Shown: in pieces, positions 53,162 through 64,000 of the stretch
Position numbering within the stretch: the first letter of the stretch is position 1
Layout: each line of letters opens with the position of its first letter
Source of the DNA: Takakia lepidozioides
Lineage: Eukaryota; Plantae; Bryophyta
Direction: 5' to 3'
DNA: 64,000 nt
Assembly: GCA_030704615.1 (NCBI GenBank)
Contig: CM060732.1
Span: 56,978,001-57,042,000, forward strand
Program-made: the position numbers and the translations under genes
Notes under the pieces: generated by a model
Database searches by the model: none
What the model was told of the DNA's origin: nothing
The model's input: the letters and a program-made list of their open reading frames with translations, nothing else

Positions 53162-54075
53162 ATGACAGGTGAACTCGCCATGGCCCATTGAACGAATTTC
53201 GTTTCATCTCATATTACTCAGGGATATGTGAGACGGTATATTGAAGACGCCACTTTGGAGGACAAATGAGGCGCGAAATCGTGGTTTAGTATCCAAATGA
53301 CTTTTGATTGCTACCAAAGTTTGCATGCACATTGCATATGTTGTCGTCAAGCCAGTGGCTCAAGAATAGAGCAAAAAACAAATCATGAGCAGGCGAAACG
53401 CAGCCCAACAGGTCAAAAAGTCATACGAGATGAAACGAAATTCATTCGATTGGACAACGGATGGTTGGCCATCTGATTGATTTTTGTTTCTTTCAAACTT
53501 TGCCAGTATGTTCGATACGTCGTCTCACAGGGCCTGTACGAGTATGACATCAATCGAAATTCGTTCAATGGCCCAACGGACGGTTGCCCATCCAAATGAG
53601 TTTGGTTTGCTTTCAAATTTTGCCAGTATGTTCAACATACCATAAGACGGGTCCCAGTGTAATATGAGATGAAACAAAATTTGTTTGATGGGCCAACGGA
53701 TGAATGCCCATCCAAATGATTTCCGTTTGCTTTGAAACTTCAGCAGTGTCTTCAGTATACCATCTCACAGGTCTATGAGTAATATAAGATTAAACGAATT
53801 TCGTTCAATGGGCCAACGGCTGAACATATGGTTGCCCATCCAAATGATTTTGATTCGCTTTCAGACTTGCCTGCTCAATGTACCATCTAAGATGTCCCAA
53901 AGTAATATGAGATGAAACAAAATTCGTCCAATATGCCAACGGAGGGTTGTCCATCCAAATGATTTTCGTTCGTTTTGAAACTTGGCAAGTATGTCCAATG
54001 AACCATCTGACAGGTCCCAGAGTAGTGTGAGATCAATTGAAATTTGTTCAATGGGCCAAGGAGTTCACGTGTCAT
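53162..54075. mobile_element. Non-autonomous TIR element with about 113-bp internal tandem repeats, nested in the Gypsy
   Basis: ATGACAGGTGAACTC..TGGCCCATTGAAC at the left versus GTTCAATGGGCCAAGGAGTTCACGTGTCAT at the right; about six units containing ATGAGATGAAACGAAATTCGTTCAATGGGCCAACGG and CCATCCAAATGA at 53420-54060, plus one inverted unit at 53180-53245. Confidence 0.65.
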
Positions 54076-54189
54076 CTGGGGATCCCTGTCTCTCGTTTCC
54101 CTCACACCGTCAATGACGTCTTGATCTTTCGTGTAGTTGTTTTTAGACAAGAGCACATAGGATACTACTTGCTTGGATTTTCTGTTGCT

Positions 54190-55065
54190 GACTATCCGGT
54201 GCACACTCTGCTGGCCAATGAGGTGGGTCAGGACATTGAGAACTTTCTCAATTTCTTTGAAATGAATGTGAAGTTCAATGAATTGCCTGCTAACATGGTT
54301 ACCAATTCATTTCGGTTTTGCCTTAAGGGAGAGGCCCGTGATTTGTTTGAGGCTAGCATCAAAGATCAAGGTGACTTGGGATGGGCAGTGGCCAAGCAAT
54401 TGGCACTTAAGCTCTTCAGGGCCGACACTCCAATCAACTACACTATGCCCGACAGACCATATCAGCCAGGTGAGAGCATTTGGAAGTACTACACTGACCT
54501 CGAGACGATAGTTGTCAAAGCTATACCTGTGCCTTCCGAGCGGACAGCCATCCTCAAAACTTATTTCATCACTGACTTGCCTACCTCTGATCAGGTATAC
54601 CTGCAAAAACATCCCTATCGCAATGAGCATCATATGGTTGAAATGATGGATGAGCGGATGCGCTTGAAAAATGCCAAGTTGGGAAAGACAAACATTCATG
54701 TAACCCACTCAGCTGCCTTGAATGTTTGTGAGGGTTCTCATGGGGCTGTTGTGAACAAGGGTGGCTCTGCAAACTTGACTCCGCTCCTGTTTGACGAAGT
54801 CAAGACTCTGCAGCAAGAACTCCACACTCAGCTTCAGGCTATTCGCACTGAAGGAACCTGGCGCTCATCCCCTATTAAGGCCTTTGCTCCTGACTCTCAT
54901 CGTGGTCACGCTCACACGGGCAAGGAGTATGAGGTAAAAGGTAAAAAGATTGCCTGTTTTATTTGTGGATCCCTTGAACATTGGACTAGGTTTTGCACCT
55001 ACGTGGATCTTGTCCCAAGCTTGATAGATGAACACTTACGGCTCAAGAAAGAAAGGGGTAAGTAG
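54190..55065 (+). CDS. gag of the dUTPase Gypsy (true start uncertain)
   Basis: QDIENFLNFFE...CLKGEARDLF, YQPGESIWKYY, knuckle CFICGSLEHWTRFC. Confidence 0.8.
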   Translation, partial: DYPVHTLLANEVGQDIENFLNFFEMNVKFNELPANMVTNSFRFCLKGEARDLFEASIKDQGDLGWAVAKQLALKLFRADTPINYTMPDRPYQPGESIWKYYTDLETIVVKAIPVPSERTAILKTYFITDLPTSDQVYLQKHPYRNEHHMVEMMDERMRLKNAKLGKTNIHVTHSAALNVCEGSHGAVVNKGGSANLTPLLFDEVKTLQQELHTQLQAIRTEGTWRSSPIKAFAPDSHRGHAHTGKEYEVKGKKIACFICGSLEHWTRFCTYVDLVPSLIDEHLRLKKERGK

Positions 55066-55067
55066 CC

Positions 55068-55118
55068 TTTAAACTCCCCAGATCGTTTGTGAAGGGGCCG
55101 GACGATCGTTCTCCTAAA
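55068..55118 (+). promoter_or_regulatory. -1 programmed ribosomal frameshift signal (gag to pol)
   Basis: T TTA AAC heptamer in the gag frame (55068-55074), 6-nt spacer, stem GATCGTTTG/CGGACGATC; the pol ORF at 55089 is in the -1 frame. Confidence 0.75.
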
Positions 55119-58100
55119 AACCTTGTCAAAGGTGAGCCAGTGGTGTCAGTTATGCTGTCCAATGACTTTAAATTGATCCATTGTGAGGCCAATAAGAAGT
55201 TTAGAAAGGAATGTGTTCATCCTCTAATGACTCAGTGTCACATTGGGCATCTTTCGTTTCCCTGCATTGTGGACACTGGCTGTACCATGTCTGCTGTTCC
55301 ATTGAATGTTGTTCGCTTACTTGGCTTGAAGCTTACTCCAGCCACTGGTCTGCAGGTAACCATTGCAGATGGTACTCGCTATGAGCCACTTGGGTTGGTT
55401 ACCATGCCTGTCAAAGTTAGTCGTACGTCTGTCACTCTCACTTGCATTGTTACCATAGGGGAACAATTGCTTTTTGGTTTGGATTGGATGAGTGCTGTAG
55501 GTGCTCAGATTGATATTGCTGCCAACATCATGTGGCTTCGCAATGGCTCATCCTCGGCCCACAAAGTACATCTCAATTCTGCCTCTTTGCTAGTAGGATG
55601 TGCTACAACCCATCTTTCTCGCATGCAAACTCTGGCGGCTAAGACCAGGCAACGTGCGGGTGAGCAATTCAACTGGACTAAGTATTCAACTTTGCCGAAC
55701 GCCCTCCCAACGTCCTTCATCAGTGGCAAATTCTGCTACCAGGGCAAAAAGGTGGGCCTCCCATTGCCATACCTAGCAATAGTACCTTGATACCTTGTGG
55801 AGAAGATTTTACCTACTCTCAGAAAATCGTGGCAACAGGCTTGACCTTCCTCAGCCCACAAGGTCATTACATTGAAGTGGAAGGCTGGCAGCGCCTTATG
55901 CTTACCAAACATTGTCTGGTGGAATCTGGCATTTTAGACAGAGGCTTTCGAGGAGAGCTTCGTCTCCTGGTTGCCAATCCTGAAAAGCTACCCATTCACA
56001 TAAAGAAGGGTCAGGTTATTGCTCGCCTCACCTCTTCTCCTTTACATGCCATTCACAATGTTCAGGCTACTTTGCACTTTACTGACATTGGCTTGCTTGA
56101 TGATGATGTAGATCATCTGGTCATGCTAAGTCATTCTACCTCTGCACCCCCTGTAAGACCTCTCACCCCTGCTCAGTCTGCTCATTTGGATCTAGTGCTT
56201 CAGGAAGTGCGCATTGGAGCAGGTCTTACTGAAGAAGAAAAAGGTCAGTTGTATTCTATTATTAGAGAAAACCTAGATGTTTTCAGTCAAGGCTCTCATG
56301 ATTTAGGGCGCACCTCCATCTTGCAACATGACATTGTCCCATAAGGAGCTCCCACCAAGCATGCCTATAGAGAGAGTGTCAAAGAATGAGGTATCATGCA
56401 AGACGAATTAAAGAAAATGCTTGAAGCTGATGTTGCTACCCCCTCTGTCTCCCCTTGGGTCAGTCCCATTGTTCTTGTAGCTAAGAAGGATGGCACCACG
56501 CGCTTCTGTGTTGATTTTTGTCGTCTTAATTCTCTCACCAAAAAGGACGTTTATCCCTTGCCTAGGATCCGTGATACTCTTGATCAACTCAATGGTACCA
56601 GTATTTTCTCTTCCCTGGATCTGGCTGCTGGTTTTTGGCAAGTGCCCCCTGACTGACTCTGCGAAGGAGAAAACCGCCTTCACTTGCAAACAGGGCCTTT
56701 TTCAATTTGAGACCATGCCTTTTGGCTTGTGCAACGCCACAACTAACTTTCAACAACTTATGGACGTGGTTTTGGGTAATCTCCGTTGGGAGTGTGCCTT
56801 AGTCTATGTAGATGACATCAAGGTTTATTTATCCTCATTTGCGGCTCATATGCTTGATCTTAAAAGGGTGTTGTGCAGACTCAGGAGGTGTTGGATTAAA
56901 AGTCAAACCCAAAAAGTGCGGCCTGTGCATGGCCGAACTCCATTTCCTTGGTCATTTGCTTTCTGCAGCTGACATTCGCCCTGATCCTGACAAAGTCAAA
57001 GCTGTCTGGGAATACCCTACCCCCTGCGACAAGAACTGCATACGCGCTTTCTTGGATTTGGCTTCTTACTATTGTTGTTTCATTAAACATTTTGCCAAAA
57101 TAGTTGCTGCCCTCAATCACTTGCTCTGCAAGAATGTGAAGTTCAGCTGGGGTCCTTCACTTCTTTCCGCTTTTGAAAAGCTCAAAATTGCTCTTGTCTC
57201 TGCTCCTATCTTAACCTTCCCTGACTTCAGTCTACCGTTTCTGCTTCAAACTGATGCTTCAGATGTGGCTGTATCTGCCATTCTATGCCAAAAACGTGAT
57301 GGCAAGGAGCATGTGGTTGCTTATGCATCCCGCAAGTTAGATAAGCATGAACACAACTATGGAATTACTGATAAAGAGGGTCTAGCGGTTATCTTTGGTA
57401 TTAAACATTTTCGCCAGTACCTTCATAGATGTTCTTTTGTTGTTGATACTGATCATCTTAACTTGAAGGCCCTTAAAACGCCTCATGAGCTCTCTGGACC
57501 ACTTGCTCGCTGGTCCTTGACTCTTCAAATGTTTGACTATGATATTCGCTACAAGAAAGGCAAAGCCAATACAAATGCTGATGCTCTAACTCGCACCGAG
57601 GCTAAGTTTACTCAACCTTACACTACTCTTGATGATCTAGCCAAACACTGTTCTTCTGATTCCTCCCCTGCAGGTAATATTGCTCCTGATGGTCCTGATT
57701 TGTAGGCACTTTTTGCCACTTCTGTCTCTTCCCTACCTGATCTCATGTCTCATTGGGATCTGCTTTCCTTTGCAGCTGGTTAGATTGGTTTAGGGTATTG
57801 TCCTGACACTGAGGTCATCTCCGAAGGTATCGCTGGTATCCCACTCTCATTCCATGCACTCTACTTTCTCTACCGCTGCTCCTGGTTTCTTGTCCAGGCT
57901 TCTCCATAGGGATTTTTGCTTGTGAGCTTCACCAGGCCATCCTGCTATGTCATCAAGCAGCCCCTTGCCAAGTAGTTGAGCTGATCCTCACCTGGAGCCA
58001 ACTGAGGCGGACACTCCATGGTGGCTCACACTAACTTCTGGGTGTGGCTATGTACTGCTACAGTCATGGACGATCACCTTCATCAAGCCCTTCTCCAGAG

Positions 58101-59402
58101 GTGTAGCACTGGCACACATCTGCAGGGCCTCTCCTCTCACACCAAAAGGCAAGTCAACTATCATCTCCCTAGCCATTGGGAGCATGAAGGTAAATTGCTG
58201 AAGGTGGTTTGTCTTCAAGGGCAGGAAAGTGTCGTGGAGGTCCCTACTAGGAGCTCTGTCCCTTCATTGCTTGAACTGTATCATTGTTCTCTTTATGCTG
58301 GTCATCTTGGAGTTGAGAAAACTGTGAAGTGGCTTCAGGAAAAGTACCACTAGAAAGGCCTAATCAAGGATGTTCAAGATTTTATTGCTAAGTCTGTTCC
58401 ATGCAAGTCCAAAACCCTGCTGCCTAGAACCGTGGCTCCTCTTAAACTTCAACCAATCCCTGTAAACAGAGATGTTTGCACGGGTTGGCTTAGCTCAAAA
58501 CTACGACCAAGGGCAATAGCTACATAGGCGTGGCTACTGATTACCTGTCTAAATGGGTTGAGATCCGGCCTTTGGTTGCTAAGGACAGTGATGAGGTGGT
58601 TCAGCTATTTTTTGATGAAATCCTCTTGCGGCATGGCTGCCCCCTTGAGATTTTGACAGACCAAGGTACTGAATTCTGTAACCAGTTGATGGAGGTTGTG
58701 TGTTTTAACCTTGATGTTAAACATCGTTTGACTACCCCGTACAATCCACAGTGCAATAGACTCACTGAAAGGTTCAACAAAACCATGTGTCAACTTCTAG
58801 AGAAGAATGGTGCCCTGACTAATGAGTGGGATATCACTTTATCCATCCTCATTTTTGCCTATAGGACCTCAGTGCATGCTAGTACCCGCTGTTCTCCCTT
58901 TGAGCTACTCTATGGTCGCAAGGCTCGCACCCCACTTCATGTTCCCATGTTACACACTTAAGTGGAGGAGCCTCTCATATGGGAAGATTTTCTCAACCAT
59001 CTCACTGCTCATCGTTTAAGCTTACTAGAGACTGCCAAGCATAATATTCAAGTTTCTCAGGTAGCACAGGCTGGAAACTACAATAGAAGGGTTGTTTATT
59101 CTGAAAAAATTGCTTTAGGCCAGACTGTGTGTGTACACTTGCAGCCAGGGAAACAAGTGACCAAATCCAAGATGCGCATTGATGGCCCCTACTTGATTCA
59201 TACCATTCTCCCGGGGCTTCAGTACAGGCTTCTTCCCCAACATCCCTCTACTGCGGAGCTTGCTGGAACTGTTCATGTTTCCCAGTTAGTTCCTTCCAAG
59301 CTGCAATTCGATCTAACCTGCATCAATGTGGAGAACCGACATGTTGTCTTGACACCCAGGAAGCGAGCTCGTCTGGACTTGGCCTCAGATCTGTCGGCAT
59401 AG
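55068..59402 (+). pseudogene. pol: protease, dUTPase-like domain, RT, RNase H, integrase
   Basis: IVDTGC; GILDRGFRGELRLLVAN...IKKGQVIARL; RFCVDFCRLN, YVDD; LQTDAS...VAYASR...TDH; HxxxxxGHLG, TDQGTEF, YNPQCNRLTERFN, DGPY. Several stops and frameshifts. Confidence 0.92.
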
Positions 59403-59662
59403 TCTAGTCGTGACATTTTGATTTGAATTGGACTGGTTTTGCCCTCATTATTTCTTTCTCTAGTAGATCTCAAGTTGCACTTATCACGGGATAGGGTTTT
59501 TCCACAACAAGGTTTTGTCCTTCGCTCACTTTGCTGAGCAAGGTTTTCCTTGTTGCGGTTTTTTCACCTCATCTCGGTGTAGCCTTGAGTAGCTTTGCTC
59601 CCTTTTTGAGCATTGTGTTTTCATCGTTAGCTCGCTGGAGCTCGCTCCTATGTGTGCCAGGA

Positions 59663-60146
59663 GGCTTTACATATGTAATGGCCAGATTCCCTCCCCCTGA
59701 TTTTTCAACATTTGGATGAATGAACGATGAAAAGTGTGGATGATGGCCGTTGGGGAAAGCATGGATGAACTGGCAGTCCTATTTATAAACAGGAAGTGTC
59801 TTATGCTAACAGCTACTTTATCTCTAAGCTAGAAGAGGTGGCATCCCAGCTGGATGGGCACCTGGATTGGCCATTCTGTTAAGATAAGATCATGGACCCT
59901 CGTTTATAAAAAGGATCAGCACGGTGTTTAGGGTGGCTGATGTTCATTGGAAAAGTGTGCTATCTGTGTACGGTGTGATGGATGTGTGAATGCTTGGATG
60001 AGTCAGAATCGTAAGGAGGGCATCCCAAGCCTCTGCGCAATATCCCTTCTTCCTCGCACGCTAGTTCTGCCGAGCTAACATCCCCCTGCTTAGCATGAAC
60101 AGGTAGAGGAGAGGAATAACCCGGTAGTGCAGAATCTGGCTTTACA
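59663..60146 (+). repeat. 3' terminal structure: a (59663-59671), TA, B (59674-60137), a (60138-60146)
   Basis: GGCTTTACA flanks both sides of the 3' B repeat. Confidence 0.85.
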
Positions 60147-61034
60147 GCGACAGCTGACAAATCAGGCCCCCCTGATAGAGAGAGGACATTTATTATCAAC
60201 CAAAAACAAAAAAGAAGAAAAGAAAAAGAATTTAGAAAGAAAAGCTGTTTATGTATTATGGAGTAAATAAATAAATAAATAAAAATTAAAATTTTCTTAC
60301 CCTTTTTTCTTTTTTTGGGTTTCCAAGGAAGCTCACAAGCCGCAGCCCGAAGGCAGAGAGACAGACGACAGGGAGTTGAACCCGAGACCCGCAAGCCAGT
60401 ACGCCACGCTAGTCGGGCGATCCGTGTGAGTGCGACGGTGGTGCTTTGGGAAGGTTTTCACGGACGCTGCCCGAAGATAAATTCTGCACAGCAGAAGAGA
60501 CAAAACAAACAAAACTTTTTTTTTGCTTAAAAACAAAAAGAGAACAGGGGACTTGGCTCTGGTTGGGAACTTTATTGCTGAATTATTGAAGGGAAAAAAA
60601 TTAAAACCCTTGAGGCTGCCATAAGGCATATCGCATGGGAGCCATGCATGATAACTGATGTTCGTCACCGAGGATACTTCCCGGATATTCCGTAAGAAGA
60701 TCGAGTGCTCTACCGTCGTGCTGCCTAAAAAGTTGGCTTTTCTAAGCCCATGGGAGGGTGTGTGAACCCCTGGAAAAAACTATGTGACAGAAGACAAAGA
60801 CTGAGTCGTACTGCCGACTGGAGGACTATCAGATAGTTCCAATAAATCTTCCTGTCCAAGACCAAGCAATGCTTAACCGCATGCAATGCTCTTCTGCCTG
60901 CAAAGAAGAACAAGCTAAAAAAAACAAAACTAGATCTATTAAACCCTTTTTTTTTTTTTTTTTTTAAAGAGAACAAGGGACAGTGGCCCTGAGCATTTTA
61001 TTTGGACATTTATTATCCAACAAAACTCAAAACC

Positions 61035-61265
61035 AAAACAAAATAAGAAGAAAAGAAAAATAATTTAGAAAGAAAAGCTGTTTATGTATTATGGAGTAAA
61101 AAAATAAAAAAAAATAGTCTAAATTTTCTTACCCTTTTTTCTTTTTTTTGGTTTCCAAAAGGAAACACCAGCCCCAGCCCGAAGGCAGAGAGACAGTCGA
61201 CAGGGATTTGAACCCCAGACCCGCAAGCCAGTACACGAGTGGCGTACTGGCACGAGGCCACAGCC
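61035..61265 (-). repeat. SINE-like repeat with tRNA-type B box; second copy at about 60200-60410
   Basis: Minus strand GGGTTCAAATCCC. The block AGAAAGAAAAGCTGTTTATGTATTATGGAGTAAA...CAGCCCGAAGGCAGAGAGACAG is duplicated. Confidence 0.5.
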
Positions 61266-61681
61266 CTGTTGTGAATATCATTTTGTTGACAGTGGGAAAA
61301 TGTATTTGTTTGAATTAGATATTTGTGAGTCTGCCCGCGGCCATGGGAGCAGCGTTTGTCTGCAAGCTTCGGTTGCAGAGATGGAGTGATACTAGTTCGG
61401 AGGCATGGAGACGCGTATACGATGGAGGAGAGAGAGGTGCGGTCTAGTGGAAGATGGGAGCTGTGCAGGTAGTATTTGAAAGGGCTGTGAAGCATTATCG
61501 CCATGATGGATAACCGGCCTGTTGTTGATGGAGAGCGTGATTGTGAAGATGAGAGAGTGATTCAGGCTGGGACTGGTTTTCGAGATAGAGAGGGAGGAGG
61601 GAGAGCTCATGTGCGTGAGACTAGCAGAGGCGGAGACAAGTTGAGTCTTCAGCTGAGACGAGTGTGGTAGTGGGGAGAGGA

Positions 61682-63851
61682 ATGGGAAGAGCGAAGGAGC
61701 ACATGTGGTCCAAGGAGCTGGGGTGTCAAGCGGCTATTAAATTTCACAGTACAGCGTGCTCGGATATGCGAGTGAATGTGATATTTTCAGTAATTGTGGG
61801 TCTGGCCTTCTTCCTCTCAGTCGCGCAATTGTTTCCGTACAGAGTGATAGACCCTCGTAAGTTTTGGTGCTCAGATGCAGTCGATCATGTGTCAGTAGTA
61901 TCTCAATCCCATCACGCTCTCCCAGAGTCTCTTTTGCATGAGAAGGTTAACACCTCAACCATAGATTTGAGCCACGGAGAGGTGCGTATCTTTCGTCCGC
62001 ATGGAATGGCAGCACATTTATTCATAGAAATGGGAACCTATCGGGGCGGGCCCCGCAGTTTTTCCGTAGTGGGTTTGGCCTCCAAGCCTGTTGAGTATTT
62101 GCATCAACCCCCGTATGAATGTGAGTGGGTCTCCACCAACCCGAAGAATAGCGTTGTAAAAGGTGCGGTGAACAGGATCTTGCCCGACTGGAACTACGGG
62201 AGGTTATATACCGTAGTAGTTTTGACATGCAATTTCTCAGAGGACGTAGGCACCGACAGAACGGGCGGGGAGCTCATCCTCTATGCTAGCTATGGCGACG
62301 AGTACAGAAAGCCTGAGAGAATCGTTGCACTCACAGAAGTCCCAGGGGAGTATAATGCAACGATGTTTGCGCCTCCCTACCCTTATGACTACGTCTATTG
62401 TGGATCATCTGTCTACGGTGATGTAAGCCCACAAAGAATGCGCGAATGGATTGCCTATCATGCCTACGTCCTCGGCAACCGCTCACACTTTATACTGCAT
62501 GATTCAGGGGGTTTCCATGACGATGTTAGAAAGGTTTTGGAGCCTTGGATCAGAAAAGGAAGGGTCACTATACAGAACGTAAGGCAGCAGGAAATCTATG
62601 ATGGTTATTACCACAACCAGTTTTTGATTGTCAATGACTGCCTCTTCCGGTCGCGGTTTTTGGCTGAGTGGACATTCTTCTTCGATGTGGATGAGTACTT
62701 GTACGTGCCCCCTACAACCAGTCTGTCTGATGTTTTGTCGGAGACTGAAAATGTGACACAGATTACGTTCGAGCAAGTTCCCATCTCGAATCAGCTGTGC
62801 ATGCTTGACAATACCACGAAGTCCCAAAGGTATGTGGTATAACAGCACTAAACTTTTTCCTCACCTCCTAAAGAAATTGCGTGCAAGGTAGGGTTGGAGG
62901 TTTGCATTTGATCTCCTTTGGAAGCGGGTGTAAGAAAAAGAATCGGATGGGACTTGCTTGTGTAGAGGTGCACAAGATCGGCAGTAGTGGAACTTCAAAT
63001 CAAGTTAGGGAGAAAGAGATTTTGTTACGTCTGGAATGACGAAAGGACCCAAGGGACACGGGCAGGGGGTTAAGTGTGGAGAGAGAAACATTGTGAAACA
63101 GTTAAAAGGGTAGACGAGGGAGGTTGTGGGGGATAATGTACTGCACAAGATGGGTGTGTGGAAGAAGTTATACAATCTGACCTAACAGGCTCTGATGATC
63201 AGCTGGTCCACCTATTAGTTAGGGTGAAGTTTCTATCCATTTGTTAGAGGATGCTTGCCGCAGGATCAGTTTGAGATCGAGTAGATTCTGTCTGCTCCAG
63301 TGTTGCATATCTTCTCTGCCTCTGCTTGGGTTTGTTATGTTCATGTTCCTTGGTGGGCGCATGTATTCTAGATTGAGAGGAGTGTGTGGAAAATGAACAT
63401 TGAACCTGGCTGTTGTTGTGAGAGGGCTGTCTTGAACTGGACTTCAGTCCAACGAACGAGGCTTACTGGTGTCCTCCCTTTGTGTTGTGGCAGAAAATGG
63501 GGATTCGAAAAGCTGGTTTTTAGGCAAGTTTTGAAGAGGGGGGTGCGGTATGATCGCAAATATGTCCTCAAGGCTAGGCACGCAGAAGCAACAGGGGTTC
63601 ATATGTCAATGAACATGAAGAAGGGGAAGAACGAATATGTGAAAGGCAACAAAATCCGGTACTATCACTATCACGACACTATCAACACCCGACGAGAAGT
63701 TTGTCGAGAGTTTGTGGAGCCCCAAAACAAGACAAATCCTATCAAGCTTGGAAAGGCTTATCACAGGATAGATGAAAGTATGCTGCCACTTGTCAACACT
63801 GTTAAGCAATTTGAGCTTGCAACCATTGGGCACCAACCGCACATTCTTTAG
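61682..63851 (+). CDS. GALS: Galactan beta-1,4-galactosyltransferase (GALS, GT92/DUF23), 501 aa; exons 61682-62829 and 63494-63851
   Basis: N-terminal TM helix; HGMAAHLFIEMGTYRGGP, LPDWNYGRLYTVVVLTC, YCGSSVYG, YYHNQFLIVNDCL, FFDVDEY, IRYYHYH; phase-2 GT-AG intron; spliced length 1506 nt. Confidence 0.93.
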
Positions 63852-64000
63852 TGCATCTGTAACCACTATCCCTCAGTGTACTGAGCTTGCATCCTGCATA
63901 TCAATGATGGTGGTTGGAATGGGATTCCAACGAGAGGCACGTGCAACACCTCTCTTTCAAGTGGGCTCATGACGGAATCTGCAGTGCTCGTAGCTGTGCA

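Larger units (their letters stand above)
51854..60146 (+). mobile_element. Near full-length Ty3/Gypsy element with dUTPase-like domain and split LTRs
   Basis: TGTAA...TTACA termini; flanks CCGA (51850-51853) and GCGA (60147-60150), a probable 4-bp TSD with one mismatch; order gag-PR-dUTPase-RT-RH-IN. Confidence 0.93.

Noticed and set aside
54037-54190. N-terminus of the 342-aa gag ORF as listed
   Set aside because: It starts at a TTG within the nested TIR element; the real gag start is downstream or mutated.
57700-58060. Additional archaeal-type RNase H between RH and IN, as in Tat elements
   Set aside because: No recognisable RNase H motifs in this decayed spacer.

Overview
Eukaryotic, intron-containing, transposon-rich plant DNA. 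The gene set and TE spectrum suggest a non-seed plant such as a moss; this is inference. Host genes: intact ARF1 GTPase (19500-21829, six coding exons, one GC-AG intron); intact GALS/GT92 galactan synthase (61682-63851); a SABATH methyltransferase whose last exon lies about 11 kb away on the opposite strand; and a calcineurin-B-like EF-hand gene missed by the ORF track (29032-30999). The rest is mostly decayed TEs: a Tcn1-like chromovirus, L1-type and RLE-type LINE remnants, piggyBac and MULE-like transposase remnants, SINEs and MITEs. Two things stand out. (1) One Ty3/Gypsy family (1-4208 +, 33494-45417 -, plus a 5' fragment at 33887-37332 +) carries a DNMT3-like C5 DNA methyltransferase between protease and RT, and a PHD finger on its integrase. 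(2) This family and an unrelated dUTPase-carrying Gypsy (51854-60146) both have split, permuted LTRs of the form B-internal-A-NN-B-A. Each has a palindromic CA-NN-TG site (GACAGCTGTC; TTACATATGTAA) at the A/B boundary and 4-bp target duplications outside. This is the product expected if a DDE integrase opens a 2-LTR circle at an att site inside the LTR. All motif calls are by-eye translations and alignments; no database searches were run.
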